From positions 13,534 to 77,533 of the forward strand of contig NIVC01001691.1 of NCBI GenBank assembly GCA_002269645.1: a stretch of 64,000 bases of DNA, in the 5' to 3' direction. The notes below the pieces were generated by a model. The model searched no databases, was not told the origin of the DNA, and worked only from the letters and a program-made list of their open reading frames with translations. Below, one piece after another: positions 9,501 to 22,090 of the stretch (within the stretch, counting starts at the first letter, position 1; the number at the start of each line of letters is the position of its first letter). The position numbers were made by a program, and so were the translations under genes. Source of the stretch: Macrostomum lignano (taxonomy: Eukaryota).

Positions 9501-12500
9501 GTCTCCAGTCCCCATTCCTTCAGTCCCCAGTCCCCAGTCCTTCAGTCCCCAGTCCCCATTCCTTCAGTCCCCAGTCCCCATTCCTTCAGTCTCCAGTCCC
9601 CATTCCTTCAGTCCCCAGTCCCCAGTCCTTCAGTCCCCAGTCCTTCAATCCCCAGTCCCCATTCCTTCAGTCTCCAGTCCCCATTCCTTCAGTCTCCAGT
9701 CCCCATTCCTTCAGTCCCCAGTCCCCAGTCCTTCAGTCCCCAGTCCCCATTCCTTCAGTCCCCAGTCCTTCAGTCCTTCAGTCCCCAGTCCTTCAGTCCC
9801 CAGTCCCCATTCCTTCAGTCCCCAGTCCCCATTCCTTCAGTCTCCAGTCCCCATTCCTTCAGTCCCCAGTCCCCAGTCCTTCAGTCCCCAGTCCCCATTC
9901 CTTCAGTCCCCAGTCCTTCAGTCCTTCAGTCCCCAGTCCCCATTCCTTCAGTCCCCAGTCCTTCAGTCCTTCAGTCCCCAGTCCCCATTCCTTCAGTCCC
10001 CAGTCCCCAGTCCTTCAGTCCTTCACTCCCCAGTCCTTCAGTCCTTCAGTCCCCAGTCCCCATTCCTTCAGTCCCCAGTCCTTCAGTCCTTCAGTCCCCA
10101 GTCCTTCAGTCCTTCAGTCCCCAGTCCTTCAGTCCTTCAGTCCCCAGTCCCCAGTCCTTCAGTCCTTCAGTCCCCAGTCCCCATTCCTTCAGTCCCCAGT
10201 CCCCAGTCCTTCAGTCCTTCACTCCCCAGTCCTTCAGTCCTTCAGTCCCCAGTCCCCATTCCTTCAGTCCCCAGTCCTTCAGTCCTTCAGTCCCCAGTCC
10301 TTCAGTCCTTCAGTCCCCAGTCCTTCAGTCCTTCAGTCCCCAGTCCCCAGTCCTTCAGTCCTTCAGTCCCCAGTCCCCATTCCTTCAGTCCCCAGTCCCC
10401 AGTCCTTCAGTCCTTCACTCCCCAGTCCTTCAGTCCTTCAGTCCCCAGTCCCCATTCCTTCAGTCCCCAGTCCCCATTCCTTCAGTCCCCAGTCCCCATT
10501 CCTTCAGTCTCCAGTCCCCATTCCTTCAGTCCCCAGTCCCCAGTCCTTCAGTCCCCAGTCCTTCAATCCCCAGTCCCCATTCCTTCAGTCCCCAGTCCCC
10601 ATTCCTTCAGTCTCCAGTCCCCATTCCTTCAGTCCCCAGTCCCCAGTCCTTCAGTCCCCAGTCCCCATTCCTTCAGTCCCCAGTCCTTCAGTCCTTCAGT
10701 CCCCAGTCCTTCAGTCCCCAGTCCCCATTCCTTCAGTCCCCAGTCCCCATTCCTTCAGTCTCCAGTCCCCATTCCTTCAGTCCCCAGTCCCCAGTCCTTC
10801 AGTCCCCAGTCCCCATTCCTTCAGTCCCCAGTCCTTCAGTCCTTCAGTCCCCAGTCCCCATTCCTTCAGTCCCCAGTCCCCAGTCCTTCAGTCCTTCACT
10901 CCCCAGTCCTTCAGTCCTTCAGTCCCCAGTCCCCATTCCTTCAGTCCCCAGTCCTTCAGTCCTTCAGTCCCCAGTCCTTCAGTCCTTCAGTCCCCAGTCC
11001 CCAGTCCTTCAGTCCTTCAGTCCCCAGTCCTTCAGTCCTTCAGTCCCCAGTCCCCATTCCTTCAGTCCCCAGTCCCCAGTCCTTCAGTCCTTCAGTCCCC
11101 AGTCCTTCAGTCCTTCAGTCCCCAGTCCCCATTCCTTCAGTCCCCAGTCCTTCAGTCCTTCAGTCCCCAGTCCTTCAGTCCTTCAGTCCCCAGTCCCCAG
11201 TCCTTCAGTCCTTCAGTCCCCAGTCCTTCAGTCCTTCAGTCCCCAGTCCCCATTCCTTCAGTCCCCAGTCCTTCAGTCCTTCAGTCCCCAGTCCTTCAGT
11301 CCTTCAGTCCCCAGTCCCCATTCCTTCAGTCCCCAGTCCCCAGTCCTTCAGTCCTTCACTCCCCAGTCCTTCAGTCCTTCAGTCCCCAGTCCTTCAGTCC
11401 TTCAGTCCCCAGTCCTTCAGTCCTTCAGTCCTTCAGTCCCCAGTCCCCAGTCCTTCAGTCCTTCAGTCCCCAGTCCTTCAGTCCCCAGTCCCCAGTCCTT
11501 CAGTCCTTCACTCCCCAGTCCTTCAGTCCTTCAGTCCCCAGTCCCCATTCCTTCAGTCCCCAGTCCTTCAGTCCCCAGTCCCCATTCCTTCAGTCCCCAG
11601 TCCTTCAGTCCTTCAGTCCCCATTCCTTCAGTCCCCATTCCTTCAGTCCCCAGTCCTTCAGTCCCCAGTCCTTCAGTCCTTCAGTCCCCAGTCCCCATTC
11701 CTTCAGTACCCAGTCCTTCAGTCCCCAGTCCCCATTCCTTCAGTCCCCAGTCCTTCAGTCCTTCAGTCCCCAGTCCTTCAGTCCCCATTCCTTCAGTCCC
11801 CAGTCCTTCAGTCCCCAGTCCTTCAGTCCCCAGTCCTTCAGTCCCCAGTCCTTCAGTCCCCAGTCCTTCAGTCCCCAGTCCTTCAGTCCCCAGTCCTTCA
11901 GTCCCCAGTCCTTCAGTCCCCAGTCCTTCAGTCCCCAGTCCCCATTCCTTCAGTCTCCAGTCCCCATTCCTTCACTCCCCAGTCCCCAGTCCTTCAGTCC
12001 CCAGTCCTTCAGTCCCCAGTCCTTCAGTCCCCAGTCCTTCAGTCCCCAGTCCTTCAGTCCCCAGTCCTTCAGTCCCCAGTCCTTCAGTCCCCAGTCCTTC
12101 AGTCCCCAGTCCTTCAGTCCTTCAGTCCCCAGTCCCCATTCCTTCAGTCCCCAGTCCTTCAGTCCTTCAGTCCCCAGTCCCCATTCCTTCAGTCCCCAGT
12201 CCTTCAGTCCTTCAGTCCCCAGTCCCCAGTCCAGTCTGACATTCTTTCAGTCTGCCTGCCAGCCTGTTAATCTCAGTTTGCAGATTAAGAACATGCAAGA
12301 CCATTTCGGACAGAGGCCTCTGTTTGCCAACTTTTTTCGTTTAGGATAAATCCCTTTTCTCTGCTCTACTTGATTTCGCTTCTTCTTGTAGCAGCAGACG
12401 ACAGGCTGAAGCAGCGCATATGTTCGCTAGTTTTTTCGCTGAATGAGCAGCCTGTTTGCATTGGGGGACAGAGACGGACGGGAGGGCCTCAAAGTCTTCT

Positions 12501-15500
12501 TTATAATAGTGTAATATTTAGCTGCATGCAATTCCCATAAATAGGGAAGGATATATCACTACTAAGACCAATCTGTAAGAGCGCTCAAGTTTGCAAAAAA
12601 GGGTCCTTCTGCTTCAGGCCCGACAGACAATCCTGAAGTGTCCCCATATGCTTGCTGTTGACACATTTTTAAAGCAGTTTTTTTTATATTCCTGCAAGCC
12701 TGAGCGATTAGCAAGGTGTTTGCTTTTGCGCTTCTGCCCTTCTGGAGGGAGGGGGGTTGCCATTATCTTGATTGTTAACCTTGATTTTTTGCAGACAATC
12801 AGCTAAGCAGTGCAGCGCGAATCGGAATCTTAAGAGGTCATTGCGGGACGGGGGAGCATCGCCCTTATGCATTGTGCGTGTCCACTTCAGGCAATGCTTC
12901 TGCAGATTTTTGCTGCGTCTGTTGCTGCTTTCGCATCTCTTCAAGCCGGATAGAGTGGGAATCGTTTCTGCTTTTGCTGTTGCTGCGTGTGTTTTGTGAA
13001 ACAAAAACAAAATCGATCGCGGAACCTCCCGACAGGATCAGGTGCTGCGTCCCCCTCCCCCGATTTCCTCTCTTGTCCTTGCTTTCTTTCTGCTTCTAGA
13101 TTCCCAGCAGTTGATTCTCTGATTTCTAATCCTTGTTGCTATTCCTTCTAGAAGCAGCAGCAGCAGCAGCATCTCCTTGACGGAAGTGAGAAGAGGGGTT
13201 AAAAACTAACCTAAGCCGCGCACACAGATTATGCATTGTTAGGAGAAATAGGGGCGGTTTGCGCGTGTCTCTGTGTATGTGTGTGTGTTTTGCTAGACCA
13301 ATTTTGAACAAATACGGACCATCAAATCCCGCCTGCAGATGCTTTTTAGCTCCCGATTCCCATCTCCATTTCCTGTCTCATTTTTGCCGCTTAGATTCCT
13401 AATACCTTTCTCAATCAAATATAAGCTACTGCCTGTATCACCCCGCTTTCCCCTAAAATTCGTTTTGGAAGGTCCAGGCTTCCTGTGTTGTCTCTATATA
13501 AATTTGTATGTGTGTATGTATGCGTGTGTAAGTCTGTCTTTCTCAATCTTTTGCAGGCAAATATGAATTCCAGTTCGGTTTAAAACTGTGGAAACGTCTG
13601 GGATACGACTGGCCCGCGACTCAAATTTTGGGAGTGTGGGAGGTTTGGGAAATTGAGTCTGATAATTCTCGGGTGATAATCCTTATTTTCTTCAGAAATG
13701 TTTCATCTGCCGGGGTTCTAATGCGGCTTTGCTGTCCTTTGGTTTGCGATTTTATAACTTGGGTGTGGGAATGGGAGGGCGATGCAGGGAGAGAAATGTA
13801 TTGATCAGGGGGAGATGAAAGGGAGATGGTGAGATGCAGGGCGACAAGGAGAAATGGAGGCATGTAGAAAGAAAGGGAGAGAGGCAGAGATGCAGGCAGA
13901 GTGGAAGAGATGCAGGGAGAGAGGCAGAGATGCAGGGAGAGAGGAAGAGATGCAGGCAGAGTGGAAGAGATGCAAGGAGAGATGCAGGCAGAATGGAAGA
14001 GATGCAAGGAGAGAGGCAGAGATGCAGGCAGAGTGGAAGAGATGCAAGGAGAGAGGCAGAGATGCAGGCAGAGTGGAAGAGATGCAAGGAGAGAGGAAGA
14101 GATGCAGGGAGAGAGGCAGAAATGCAGGGAGAGAGGCAGGGAGAGGTAGAGGCTGAGAAGCCAATCTCGCTGCCCTGTCAATCATGGGAACTGTCAATAT
14201 GATCTGGTCATAATTAGTTAAGTTATTTTTCAAGTCGCAATACGAAGCAGAATGATAATTTCATATAGTTTGTATCAATAGGAATCAATGGCAGCAGGCA
14301 GACAAACACAATGGCTGCATGCTCACTCTATTGAGTTGAATTGGCCTTATGCTCAGTTGCTACAGAAGCCAAGAGCAGTCTGTGTAATATATGCGCCACT
14401 GTATATATTAGCCGGGGTTACAAGTCCGCCTTCAAGTGGGTTAGTTTGGTGGTTGCGGATAACTGAAACGCCACTTCAATTCTGTAATTCTCCGCTCGAA
14501 AACTTATAGAAAAGAGAACAAGAGGGTCTCCTGGCTGCCGTGTTGAAGTATTTTTTATTATTGTTCTATCGCCTCCTCCTCGGGTGATCGTGTTGAAGTG
14601 TTATCGCTTGAAAGTGTCGCTAAGGCCTTCCGGGACTGACTGCCGGCGTCTCATCAACCAGATGGCATGGACCGGCGTCTTTTAGAGCTCTTCAGGGTAT
14701 CTTGCTGCAGCGTCTGCTGTCTAGCTGTGTGTGTGTGTCTGCGCTTATTTCTGATTTTTCACCTAACCTAATAAAACCCACACCTTGACATCCCAGATGG
14801 GACGCCTGTTATGTGATTCGATAGCTACTGTATCCATTAAAATAGCCTAAATGCCTGCTTGAATATTGATAGTAGAAGTCTTAGAAGTCTTCTCGTTATG
14901 TTGTCGAAGCCTACTCGTATATATACTCGTAACTATACATGCAATAGAACGACACTTTCGGCACCTGTGTTCAAGGCGCTGTGTCTGCCTGTAGAACCAT
15001 GAAAAAATTGCCGAGACGTTTGCGGCTGCAAATGAGAATGGACAGCTGAGGGGGAGAGGGAGAGGCTGAGAGGGAAAAGGAGAGGCTGAGATGGAAAAGG
15101 AGAGGCTGAGAAGGAAAAGGAGAGGCTGAGAGGGAGAGGCGCTGAGGGAAAGGGAGATTCTGAGAGGGAGAGGCTGAGAGGGAAAGGGAGAGACTAAGAG
15201 GGAGAGGCTGAGGGAAAGGGAGAGGCTAAGAGGGAAAAAAAGATTCTGAGATGGAAAGGGAGAGGCTGAGAGGGAGAGGCTAAGAGGGAGAGGCTAAGGG
15301 AAAGAAAGATTCTGAGATGAAAAGGGAGAGGCTGAGAGGGAAAGGGAGAGGCTGAGATGGAAAGGGAGAGGCTGAGAGGGAAAGGGAGAGGCTGAGATGA
15401 AAAGGGAGAGGCTGAGAGGGAAAGGGAGAGGCTGAGATGGAAAGGGAGAGGCTGAGAGGGAAAGGAAAAGAGAGAGGCTGAGAGGGAAAGGGAGAAGCTG

Positions 15501-17082
15501 AGAGAGCGAGAGGGAGAGGCTGAGAGGGAAAGGGAGAGGCTGAGAGAGAGAGAGAGGGAGAGGCTGAGAGGGAAAGGGAGAGGCGAGAGGGAAAAGGAAA
15601 GGGAGAGGCTAAGAGGGAGAGGCTGACAGGGAGGAAGGAGAGGGAAGAGACGCGGGCAGGCGGTCAGCTACAAAGCCCAAAATCGCCTACAAAAGCATGG
15701 CAGCGGTGACAAGAATAAAACGGCCCAAACCGCGCCCGCGTAGTTGGCCTGCGTGACGCAGATCTATTTTGCGCCTCCTGGAGGGTCCTCCTTCTAGAAG
15801 CAGAAGATTGGAAACGAGTGTTTCAATGGCTATTTACGAGATAAAAACAATTTAGGCCATCGGCCATCGAATTTCTTCGGCTCCGATTAGCCCCAGGGAA
15901 TTCTCTAAAAAAATTTTCCCCCAAATTTATGAGCAACCCTATATGGTTTTTATTATTATTGGCAAGCTCTAAATAGCAGTAGTCTCAACAAGTGATCTTA
16001 CAGCAAGATCTAAATCGTATACAATAATGATATTATGCATGATCTAGCTCTTCAAGTCCGCTGGCCTTGGTGACTCGCCCCAATGTCGATGTCTATTCGA
16101 GCCTTCGGGGGGGGACTGGCCAAGGGGTTGGGGTGGCCAGTTGACAGAAGGAAGCAAGGGGTCGCCAACCCTTTAGTCTTTATCTGATAATTGGCATCGG
16201 GTTTTGCTTGGGAGCTTGCCGAACTCCCATGGGTGGGGCTGTTGGCGCCGGTGCTAAATTAAAGCTGATCACCCGACCCAACCACCGCCTACCACCGCCA
16301 CCAGCGCTTCTGTCTGGCCGTGCTGAGTTTTTATGTCTTATTAAGACGCATTAATATATCAATTCGGGGCGCTTGTGTATACGAGTATAGCCATAGATTT
16401 ATAACATCAACTTGCTGCTTGGACATTGTTCACAATTCTTTGTGCGCTGAATGTTGAATGAGGGGAAATCGCTTGTTCATCACCAGCTGACAACAAAGCT
16501 TTGAGCTGTCTCTATTGGCCTGTGTCTTAGTGTCTGCCTGTCTGTTAGTGTCTGCCTGTCTGTTAGTGTCTGCCTGTCTGTTAGTGTCTGCCTGTCTGTC
16601 TGTCTGCGTGTGTCTGTTAGTGTCTGCCTGTCTGTCTGTCTGTGTGTGTCTGTTAGTGTCTGCCTATCTGTTAGTGTCTGCCTGTCTGTTAGTGTCTGTC
16701 TGTCTGTTAGTGTCTGTCTGTTAGTGTCTGCCTGTCTGTTAGTGTCTGTCTGTCTGTTAGTGTCTGTCTGTTAGTGTCTGCCTGTCTGTTAGTGTCTGCC
16801 TGTCTGTTAGTGTCTGTCTGTCTGTTAGTGTCTGTCTATCTGTTAGTGTCTGCCTGTCTGTTAGTGTCTGCCTGTCTGTTAGTGTCTGTCTGCCTGTCTG
16901 TTAGTGTCTGTCTGTCTGTTAGTATCTGCCTATCTGTTAGTGTCTGCCTGTCTGTTAGTGTCTGTCTGTCTGTTAGTATCTGCCTATCTGTTAGTGTCTG
17001 TCTGCCTGTCTGTTAGTGTCTGTCTGTCTTTTAGTGTCCGTCTGTCTGTGTGTCTGTCTGTCTGTCTATCTGTCTGTCTGTC

Positions 17083-17127
<45 letters not shown>

Positions 17128-17142
17128 CTGGTAGTGTCTGTT

Positions 17143-17179
<37 letters not shown>

Positions 17180-18476
17180 GCGTGTCTGTCTGCCTGTTTT
17201 TTTGTCTGCCTGTCTGCCTGTCGCACCTGCCAGTTATTTCCCTGTCTCCCCATCCAAGCCATTCCTTTGCGGTCATGTTTTGGTATCTTCCCCAGCTCGT
17301 ATTCTCAACAGCAGCTGCCCCTGCAGCCCACCCTCAGCTGGCCAGAGTCCAGCTGTCCCAGTGATTTCCCTTGGCTACATCCATCCTAGCCGGGGGCCGC
17401 TTTAATCTGTTTTCGCATTCCTTTTGGCACATCTCCGCTCCCTCGATCCAGTTTAATTAAATGCTGTCTCTTCCTGTATCTCTGTGTGTCTGTGTGTTTT
17501 TTCTGCTTTCCCGAGGAGAGTCTCCAGAAATTGGCGGGAAAGGCAGGAGCTGAAAATCTGGCAACAGCAGCAGAGCGGCGGATCCGAGAGAAGGTTCTGA
17601 CGAAGAGGCTGGGGCAGAGAGATTTGAGCCCCAGCAGCATCTGACACTCCCCGGACTCCCCCCCCCACCGCCGATCCTCTGGGACTTGCCGGTCGGCCAG
17701 TCCCTCTGTCAGGTTTTCACTGATTGAATTAGATGGCGGGACTCCGAGATCGCGAGGTCCCGTCGCCGGCCGCCAGCTCGCCTGGCCGAGTAGGGGAGAG
17801 AGAAATCTGACACTGGCCGGGATCTCCAGTGACTTTCCCCCCCCCCCAGACCGATTGCGCTGCTGCTGCGGCGGCTGCTGTTTAATGAGGTAATGACGAG
17901 TGCAGGAAATGATTTAATTCCGGCGGGGGGTTCATATATTTACACATGCGGGGGCAGACAGGACGGGACACAGGCGCTCGGTGGCTGCTGGGGTTCAGTT
18001 TGGGGTTGGGGAGGGGACAGAGAGGGTGGCAATTATGTGGCAAACTGCAGCTGCTGATGCTGCTGGCTCAGCTTCGATTTCTCAATCATTTTGAGCTCAT
18101 CTGCCCTCTCACCACTGTGTTGCGCTCTGGAGCGCTTAACCAATCTATAATAATCCGAAACCACCATCGCGTATTAACTTGTCACCGCACCGACCGGAAT
18201 CCCGCCGAACGAATTAATTGAGAGCAGCCCCGGGAGTTAAACTGACTGTCTAGTGCTTCTTTTTTGCACTTTCTGGTGCCTCTCTTTTTCGCTCTCTGCA
18301 GTTTTTGTTGCTTTTATTGTTGCAGACTGCTCAGGCGGAGGAAGGAACTTCGATCGGCGGTGGACGCTGAAGGCCTGGCAGCTCAGGCTCGGGCCTGCCT
18401 TGACCGGCGCGGCAGCTCATTGGCCAGACTGTTGGACGAGACTGACCGGCTGCTGCTTGATGGCGCAGATTCTTGA
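2949..18476 (+). CDS. RPAP2: RNA polymerase II CTD phosphatase RPAP2/Rtr1, join(2949-3176,3656-3832,4531-5179,6650-6830,6933-7001,18326-18476), 484 aa
   Basis: Spliced translation gives IVEQL...[19 protein letters not shown]...RVYDVTRRK|CYCSDAC...ETPLWLR (Rtr1/RPAP2 C-x4-C...C-x3-C zinc motif) and C-terminal [20 protein letters not shown]...LVDTFKLTSGNI. All phases are compatible; total 1455 nt. Confidence 0.9.
3210..3610. repeat. Degenerate GTAGAA/GTAGATT-rich repeat, RPAP2 intron 1
   Basis: Recurrent TTTAGTAGATTC..GGGTAGAA(A)T units. Confidence 0.65.
3656..3832 (+). CDS. RPAP2: RPAP2 exon 2 (first half of zinc motif, CGFPLC)
   Basis: CCGCAG acceptor; AAG|GTGACA donor; [27 protein letters not shown]. 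Confidence 0.92.
3883..4491. repeat. 15-bp minisatellite (TGTCAGGTAGCCAAA), RPAP2 intron 2
   Basis: About 40 copies. Confidence 0.95.
4531..5179 (+). CDS. RPAP2: RPAP2 exon 3 (CYCSDAC...; ends at a GC donor)
   Basis: CTCAG acceptor at 4530; CTG|GCAAGT is the only donor found that matches the phase-1 acceptor of exon 4. Confidence 0.85.
5213..6513. repeat. (TTAG)n satellite with ~265-bp higher-order structure, RPAP2 intron 3
   Basis: Variant block GTTTGTTTCTTAGTGAG recurs at 5371, 5639 and 5903. Confidence 0.95.
6650..6830 (+). CDS. RPAP2: RPAP2 exon 4
   Basis: TATTTTAG acceptor; [21 protein letters not shown] resembles the conserved RPAP2 C-terminal LP.IDS..Q..IR.RIVLEKL block. Confidence 0.88.
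6933..7001 (+). CDS. RPAP2: RPAP2 exon 5
   Basis: TTCACAG acceptor, GTGAGT donor; (F)[24 protein letters not shown]. Confidence 0.88.
7330..7748. repeat. 28-bp minisatellite (CCTCCCAGATCCTCAGTTGCTGGACCAG)
   Basis: About 15 copies, homogeneous. Confidence 0.95.
8930..12235. repeat. 3.3-kb CAGTCCC/CAGTCCTT/CATTCC satellite
   Basis: 7-8-bp units with larger internal duplications; source of the spurious 1145-aa ORF. Confidence 0.97.
13830..14150. repeat. Purine-rich GAGATGCAGG minisatellite
   Basis: Recurrent GAGATGCAGG(C/G)AGAG units. Confidence 0.85.
15048..15645. repeat. Purine-rich ~20-bp repeat (GAGAGGGAAAGGGAGAGGCT)
   Basis: Degenerate tandem copies. Confidence 0.85.
16518..17225. repeat. 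18-bp TTAGTGTCTGCCTGTCTG repeat grading into (GTCT)n
   Basis: Direct inspection. Confidence 0.92.
18326..18476 (+). CDS. RPAP2: Probable RPAP2 terminal exon 6
   Basis: Strong acceptor TTTTGTTGCTTTTATTGTTGCAG; phase 2 matches exon 5; encodes helical [49 protein letters not shown]; tandem AATAAA at 19263 and 19270. Confidence 0.62.
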
Positions 18477-18514
18477 GCGTGTTGAGTACTGACTCTGACT
18501 TTATCGATATCGAC

Positions 18515-19140
18515 TCCCCACTGTCTACTTCTCTCTCTCCACACTGTCTACTCTCTCCCCCACTGTCTACTTCTCTCTCCTCACTGTCTAATTCTCTTTC
18601 TCCTCCACTGTCTACTTCTCTCTCTCCCCCACTGTCTACTCTCTCCCCCACTGTCTACTTCTCTCTCCCCACTGTCTAATTCTCTTTCTCCTCCACTGTC
18701 TACTTCTCTCTCTCCCCCACTGTCTACTCTCTCCCCCACTGTCTACTTCTCTCCCCGCTGTCTACTCTCTCCCCGCTGTCTACTCTCTCCCCCTCTGTCT
18801 ACTCTTCCCCAGAGTCTACTCTCTCTCTCTCTCTCCACTGTCTACTTTTCTCTCCCTACTGTCTACTTCTTTCCCCCCAGTCTACTTCTCTCCCCCCAGT
18901 CTACTTCTCTCTCCCTACTGTCTACTTCTCTCTCCCCTTAGTCTACTTCTCTCTCCCTTCTGTCTACTTCTCTCCCCCCAGTCTACTTCTCTCCCCCCAG
19001 TCTACTTCTCTCTCCCTACTGTCTACTTCTCTCCCCCCAGTCTACTTCTCTCTCCCTTCTGTCTAATTTTCTTCCCACTCTGTCTACTCTCCCTCCCACT
19101 GTCTACTTCTCTTCCCCAACTATCTACTTCTCTAACTCCG
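18515..19140. repeat. ~20-bp pyrimidine-rich repeat (CTGTCTACTTCTCTCCCCCA), in the probable RPAP2 3' UTR
   Basis: Direct inspection. Confidence 0.9.
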
Positions 19141-19262
19141 CCTAACACGCATCCATTTCTTACCCAAGGGCATTTTCCTAAATGTTTGTCCGCATTGCCA
19201 AAAACAAACTTTTACTTATCTGCATTAAACATTTTTGTAAAGTGATGCTTGCCTTCGAATTC

Positions 19263-19275
19263 AATAAACAATAAA
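19263..19275 (+). terminator. Tandem polyadenylation signals (RPAP2 3' end)
   Basis: AATAAACAATAAA followed by a GT/T-rich stretch. Confidence 0.5.
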
Positions 19276-19569
19276 AAATTGTTTATTTGTCATTTGCAAA
19301 CTTGAATGCTGTTCATTATTATATCTGATATTGCAGCTTTCTAATTTGATTTTTATTACAACAATGGAATCGTAATGGAGAATGATGACGCGCTTGAAAT
19401 GTAAAATTGTCGGCGCTTAAAGTGAATGGCAACCGACAGAAGAAAAAGAGGGAGAAAACAGGTTTAGAGATAATGCAACAAGCAGGACAGACAGAATAGT
19501 AAATAAAGGAAATACAGAGTTGAGGAGTGGACATAGAAAACAGTCTCGAATAGGTAGAAAATTATTTGG

Positions 19570-20115
19570 GGTAGGCATCGAAGTAGTTAAGGTAGACATG
19601 GGAGCACCTAGGATAGACATAGAAGTTAGGGTAGATATTGAAGTAGCTAGGGTAGACATAGAAGTAGTTAGGGTAGACATGGAAGTAATTGGGGTGGATA
19701 TAGAAGTAGCTAGGGTAGACATGGAAGTAGTTAGAGTAGACATGGGAGCACCTAGGATAGACATGGAAGTAATTGGGGTAGATATAGAAGTAGCTAGGGT
19801 AGACATGGAAGTAGTTAGAGTAGACATGGGAGCACCTAGGATAGACATGGAAGTAATTGGGGTAGATATAGAAGTAGCTAGGGTAGACATGGAAGTAGTT
19901 AGAGTAGACATGGGAGCACCTAGGATAGACATGGAAGTAATTGGGGTAGATATAGAAGTAGCTAGGGTAGACATAGAAGTAGTTAGAGTAGACATGGACG
20001 CACCTAGGATAGACATAAGTTAGGGTAGATATTGAAGTAGCTAGTTAGAGTAGACATGGAAGTAGTTAGGGTAGATATAGAAGTACGAGCTAGCTAGGGT
20101 AGACATAAGAGTAGT
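19570..20115. repeat. 21-bp subunit / 84-bp higher-order minisatellite (GTAGACATGGAAGTAGTTAGA)
   Basis: Four-subunit block repeated. Confidence 0.92.
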
Positions 20116-21639
20116 CAGGGTAGAGAGGTTTGAGTTTGCTAGACAGGAAGCTTTGATAGGTGAGCAAAGAAGTAGTCAGTAATCAGACAAGGTAGACAAA
20201 AGCAAATTTTTAGAGGTAGACACAGGTAGACAGGGTGGAGAGAGAAGTAGATAAGCAAGTTAGTAGATAGCGGTTTCCTACAAAGGTTTCGTGAGGATTG
20301 CATCAGGCCTCATCAGTGTCATCTGTCTGGAGAATAAATAGTGCTCCAAAACCTTCACTAATCGCCAGGCTCAACAATATAGAGTTTTTGACAGCTTGAC
20401 AATATTTCAGAAAAAGCCAGACCTCTGAGACAGAGATCCAACCTCTCCGGAGTCAAGAGGTTATTGGGCCCGGGGTGCTCGACGAAAGGAATAAATTGGG
20501 CAAAATTTAGAAAATTTTGATTATTGCTCAACAGACATTTCTTTGGGGTGGAAGGATTTTAGCTGCATGAAGTCGGGGGAGGGGGGTTGTTGTATGAAGA
20601 GTTGTAAAAAAGTTGGCCAGACTGAGTAAGGAAGGCATTGCTCAGTAGTTACTCATTTAATGACAGCCGTGGGGTGGACAATTTAATCAATGAATGCATT
20701 GGACAGGCTCGCTACAAAAATGATATCTATTAAGCTGGTTTCTAGTCCTGATAGAGGACAGCTGCAATTCCCACTGCAGCCCACCCTCCTTGCCATTGAC
20801 GTTTCTGGAGCGAGTTTTGCTTGCAATTGCTTTTTTGCAAAGCTTTTCTGGCTCTCAAAGCCATGGGGGAGGGCAGTGTGCCCATGCCCCTACAGCTATC
20901 ATTCTTTGACTGTGATAGGTGCTGCTGATTAGGAAAAAAATAGCCAACTTTCCAATTGAATCAGCTGGGATGAGCTGCAGCAGCATCATCAGTCCAAAAT
21001 CCTACAGGTGAGGCTCTCTCAGAGCAACCCCTGCACCAGCCCACTACCCTAAAGGTAGTTTTTTCTCTCTCTCAGCTCCGGCCTTGAATGACAAGCGCGT
21101 GACAGGTAGGCCGCGGACGTCAAGTGGTCGCCTCCTTCATCAACAATAATAATCATAATCATGATAATAACAGAACTCTAATTGCGATTTGCCCCGCAGC
21201 TGCCCTTGTGAGACTCAATAATTCAAACAGGTTGGCCTTGGTAGGAAGCCCTGCCTGCTGCTGACAGCTCCACCAACCCCCCCCCCCAAAAAAATCATCC
21301 CCATTGCTAAATCCCATTTAATGACTGCCAATAATCACTACCTGGATTGGCTTCAGTTGTAGTCTGTCTATCTCTTCCCCTGCCTCCCCCCCCCCAGAGT
21401 GTTTGGTCGCTCATCAAACTCACCTGCTCAACAAGATGATTTCTCAGTTGCGTTTTTCTACCTGGCTGGGTTTGGGGGCTGCTACTGATGCTTGCAAAAA
21501 TAGCAAACAGAAGCTAAATTAAATTTCCTGCTCTGTGCGACTAGGGCCCACTTCTTGTAGCGTTAACGCAAGTTAAAGGTGTCTGTGATACCTTTTACCT
21601 ACCAGACACCTTCCAGATCGTTTGTTGCTTGACCGCCAC

Positions 21640-22090
21640 CACCCTCCCAGATCCCCAGGCTCTGCTGTCACCCTCCCAGATCCCCAGGCTCTGCTGTCAC
21701 CCTCCCAGATCCCCAGGCTCTGCTGTCACCCTCCCAGATCCCCAAGCTCTACCGTCACCCTCCCAGATCCCCAAGCTCTACCGTCACCCTCCCAGATCCC
21801 CAGGCTCTACCGTCACCCTCCCAGATCCCCAAGCTCTACCGTCACCCTCCCAGATCCCCAAGCTCTACCGTCACCCTCCCAGATCCCCAAGCTCTACCGT
21901 CACCCTCCCAGATCCCCAGGCTCTACCGTCACCCTCCCAGATCCCCAAGCTCTACCGTCACCCTCCCAGATCTCCAGGCTCTACCGTCACCCTCCCAGAT
22001 CCCCAAGCTCTACCGTCACCCTCCCAGATCCCCAAGCTCTACCGTCACCCTCCCAGATCTCCAGGCGGGGCCTCGGCCACCCTCCCAGAT
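21640..22090. repeat. 29-bp minisatellite (CCTCCCAGATCCCCAAGCTCTACCGTCAC)
   Basis: About 15 copies. Confidence 0.95.

Noticed and set aside
8833-12270. 1145-aa Ser/Pro-rich (extensin-like) ORF
   Set aside because: It is almost entirely a 7-8-bp satellite that is nearly unable to form stop codons, lies inside the probable RPAP2 intron, and has no unique domain.
19417-20023. Mucin-like (MSTLTTS)n and (VDMEVVR)n ORFs on both strands
   Set aside because: These are by-products of a 21/84-bp minisatellite, with no splice or promoter context.
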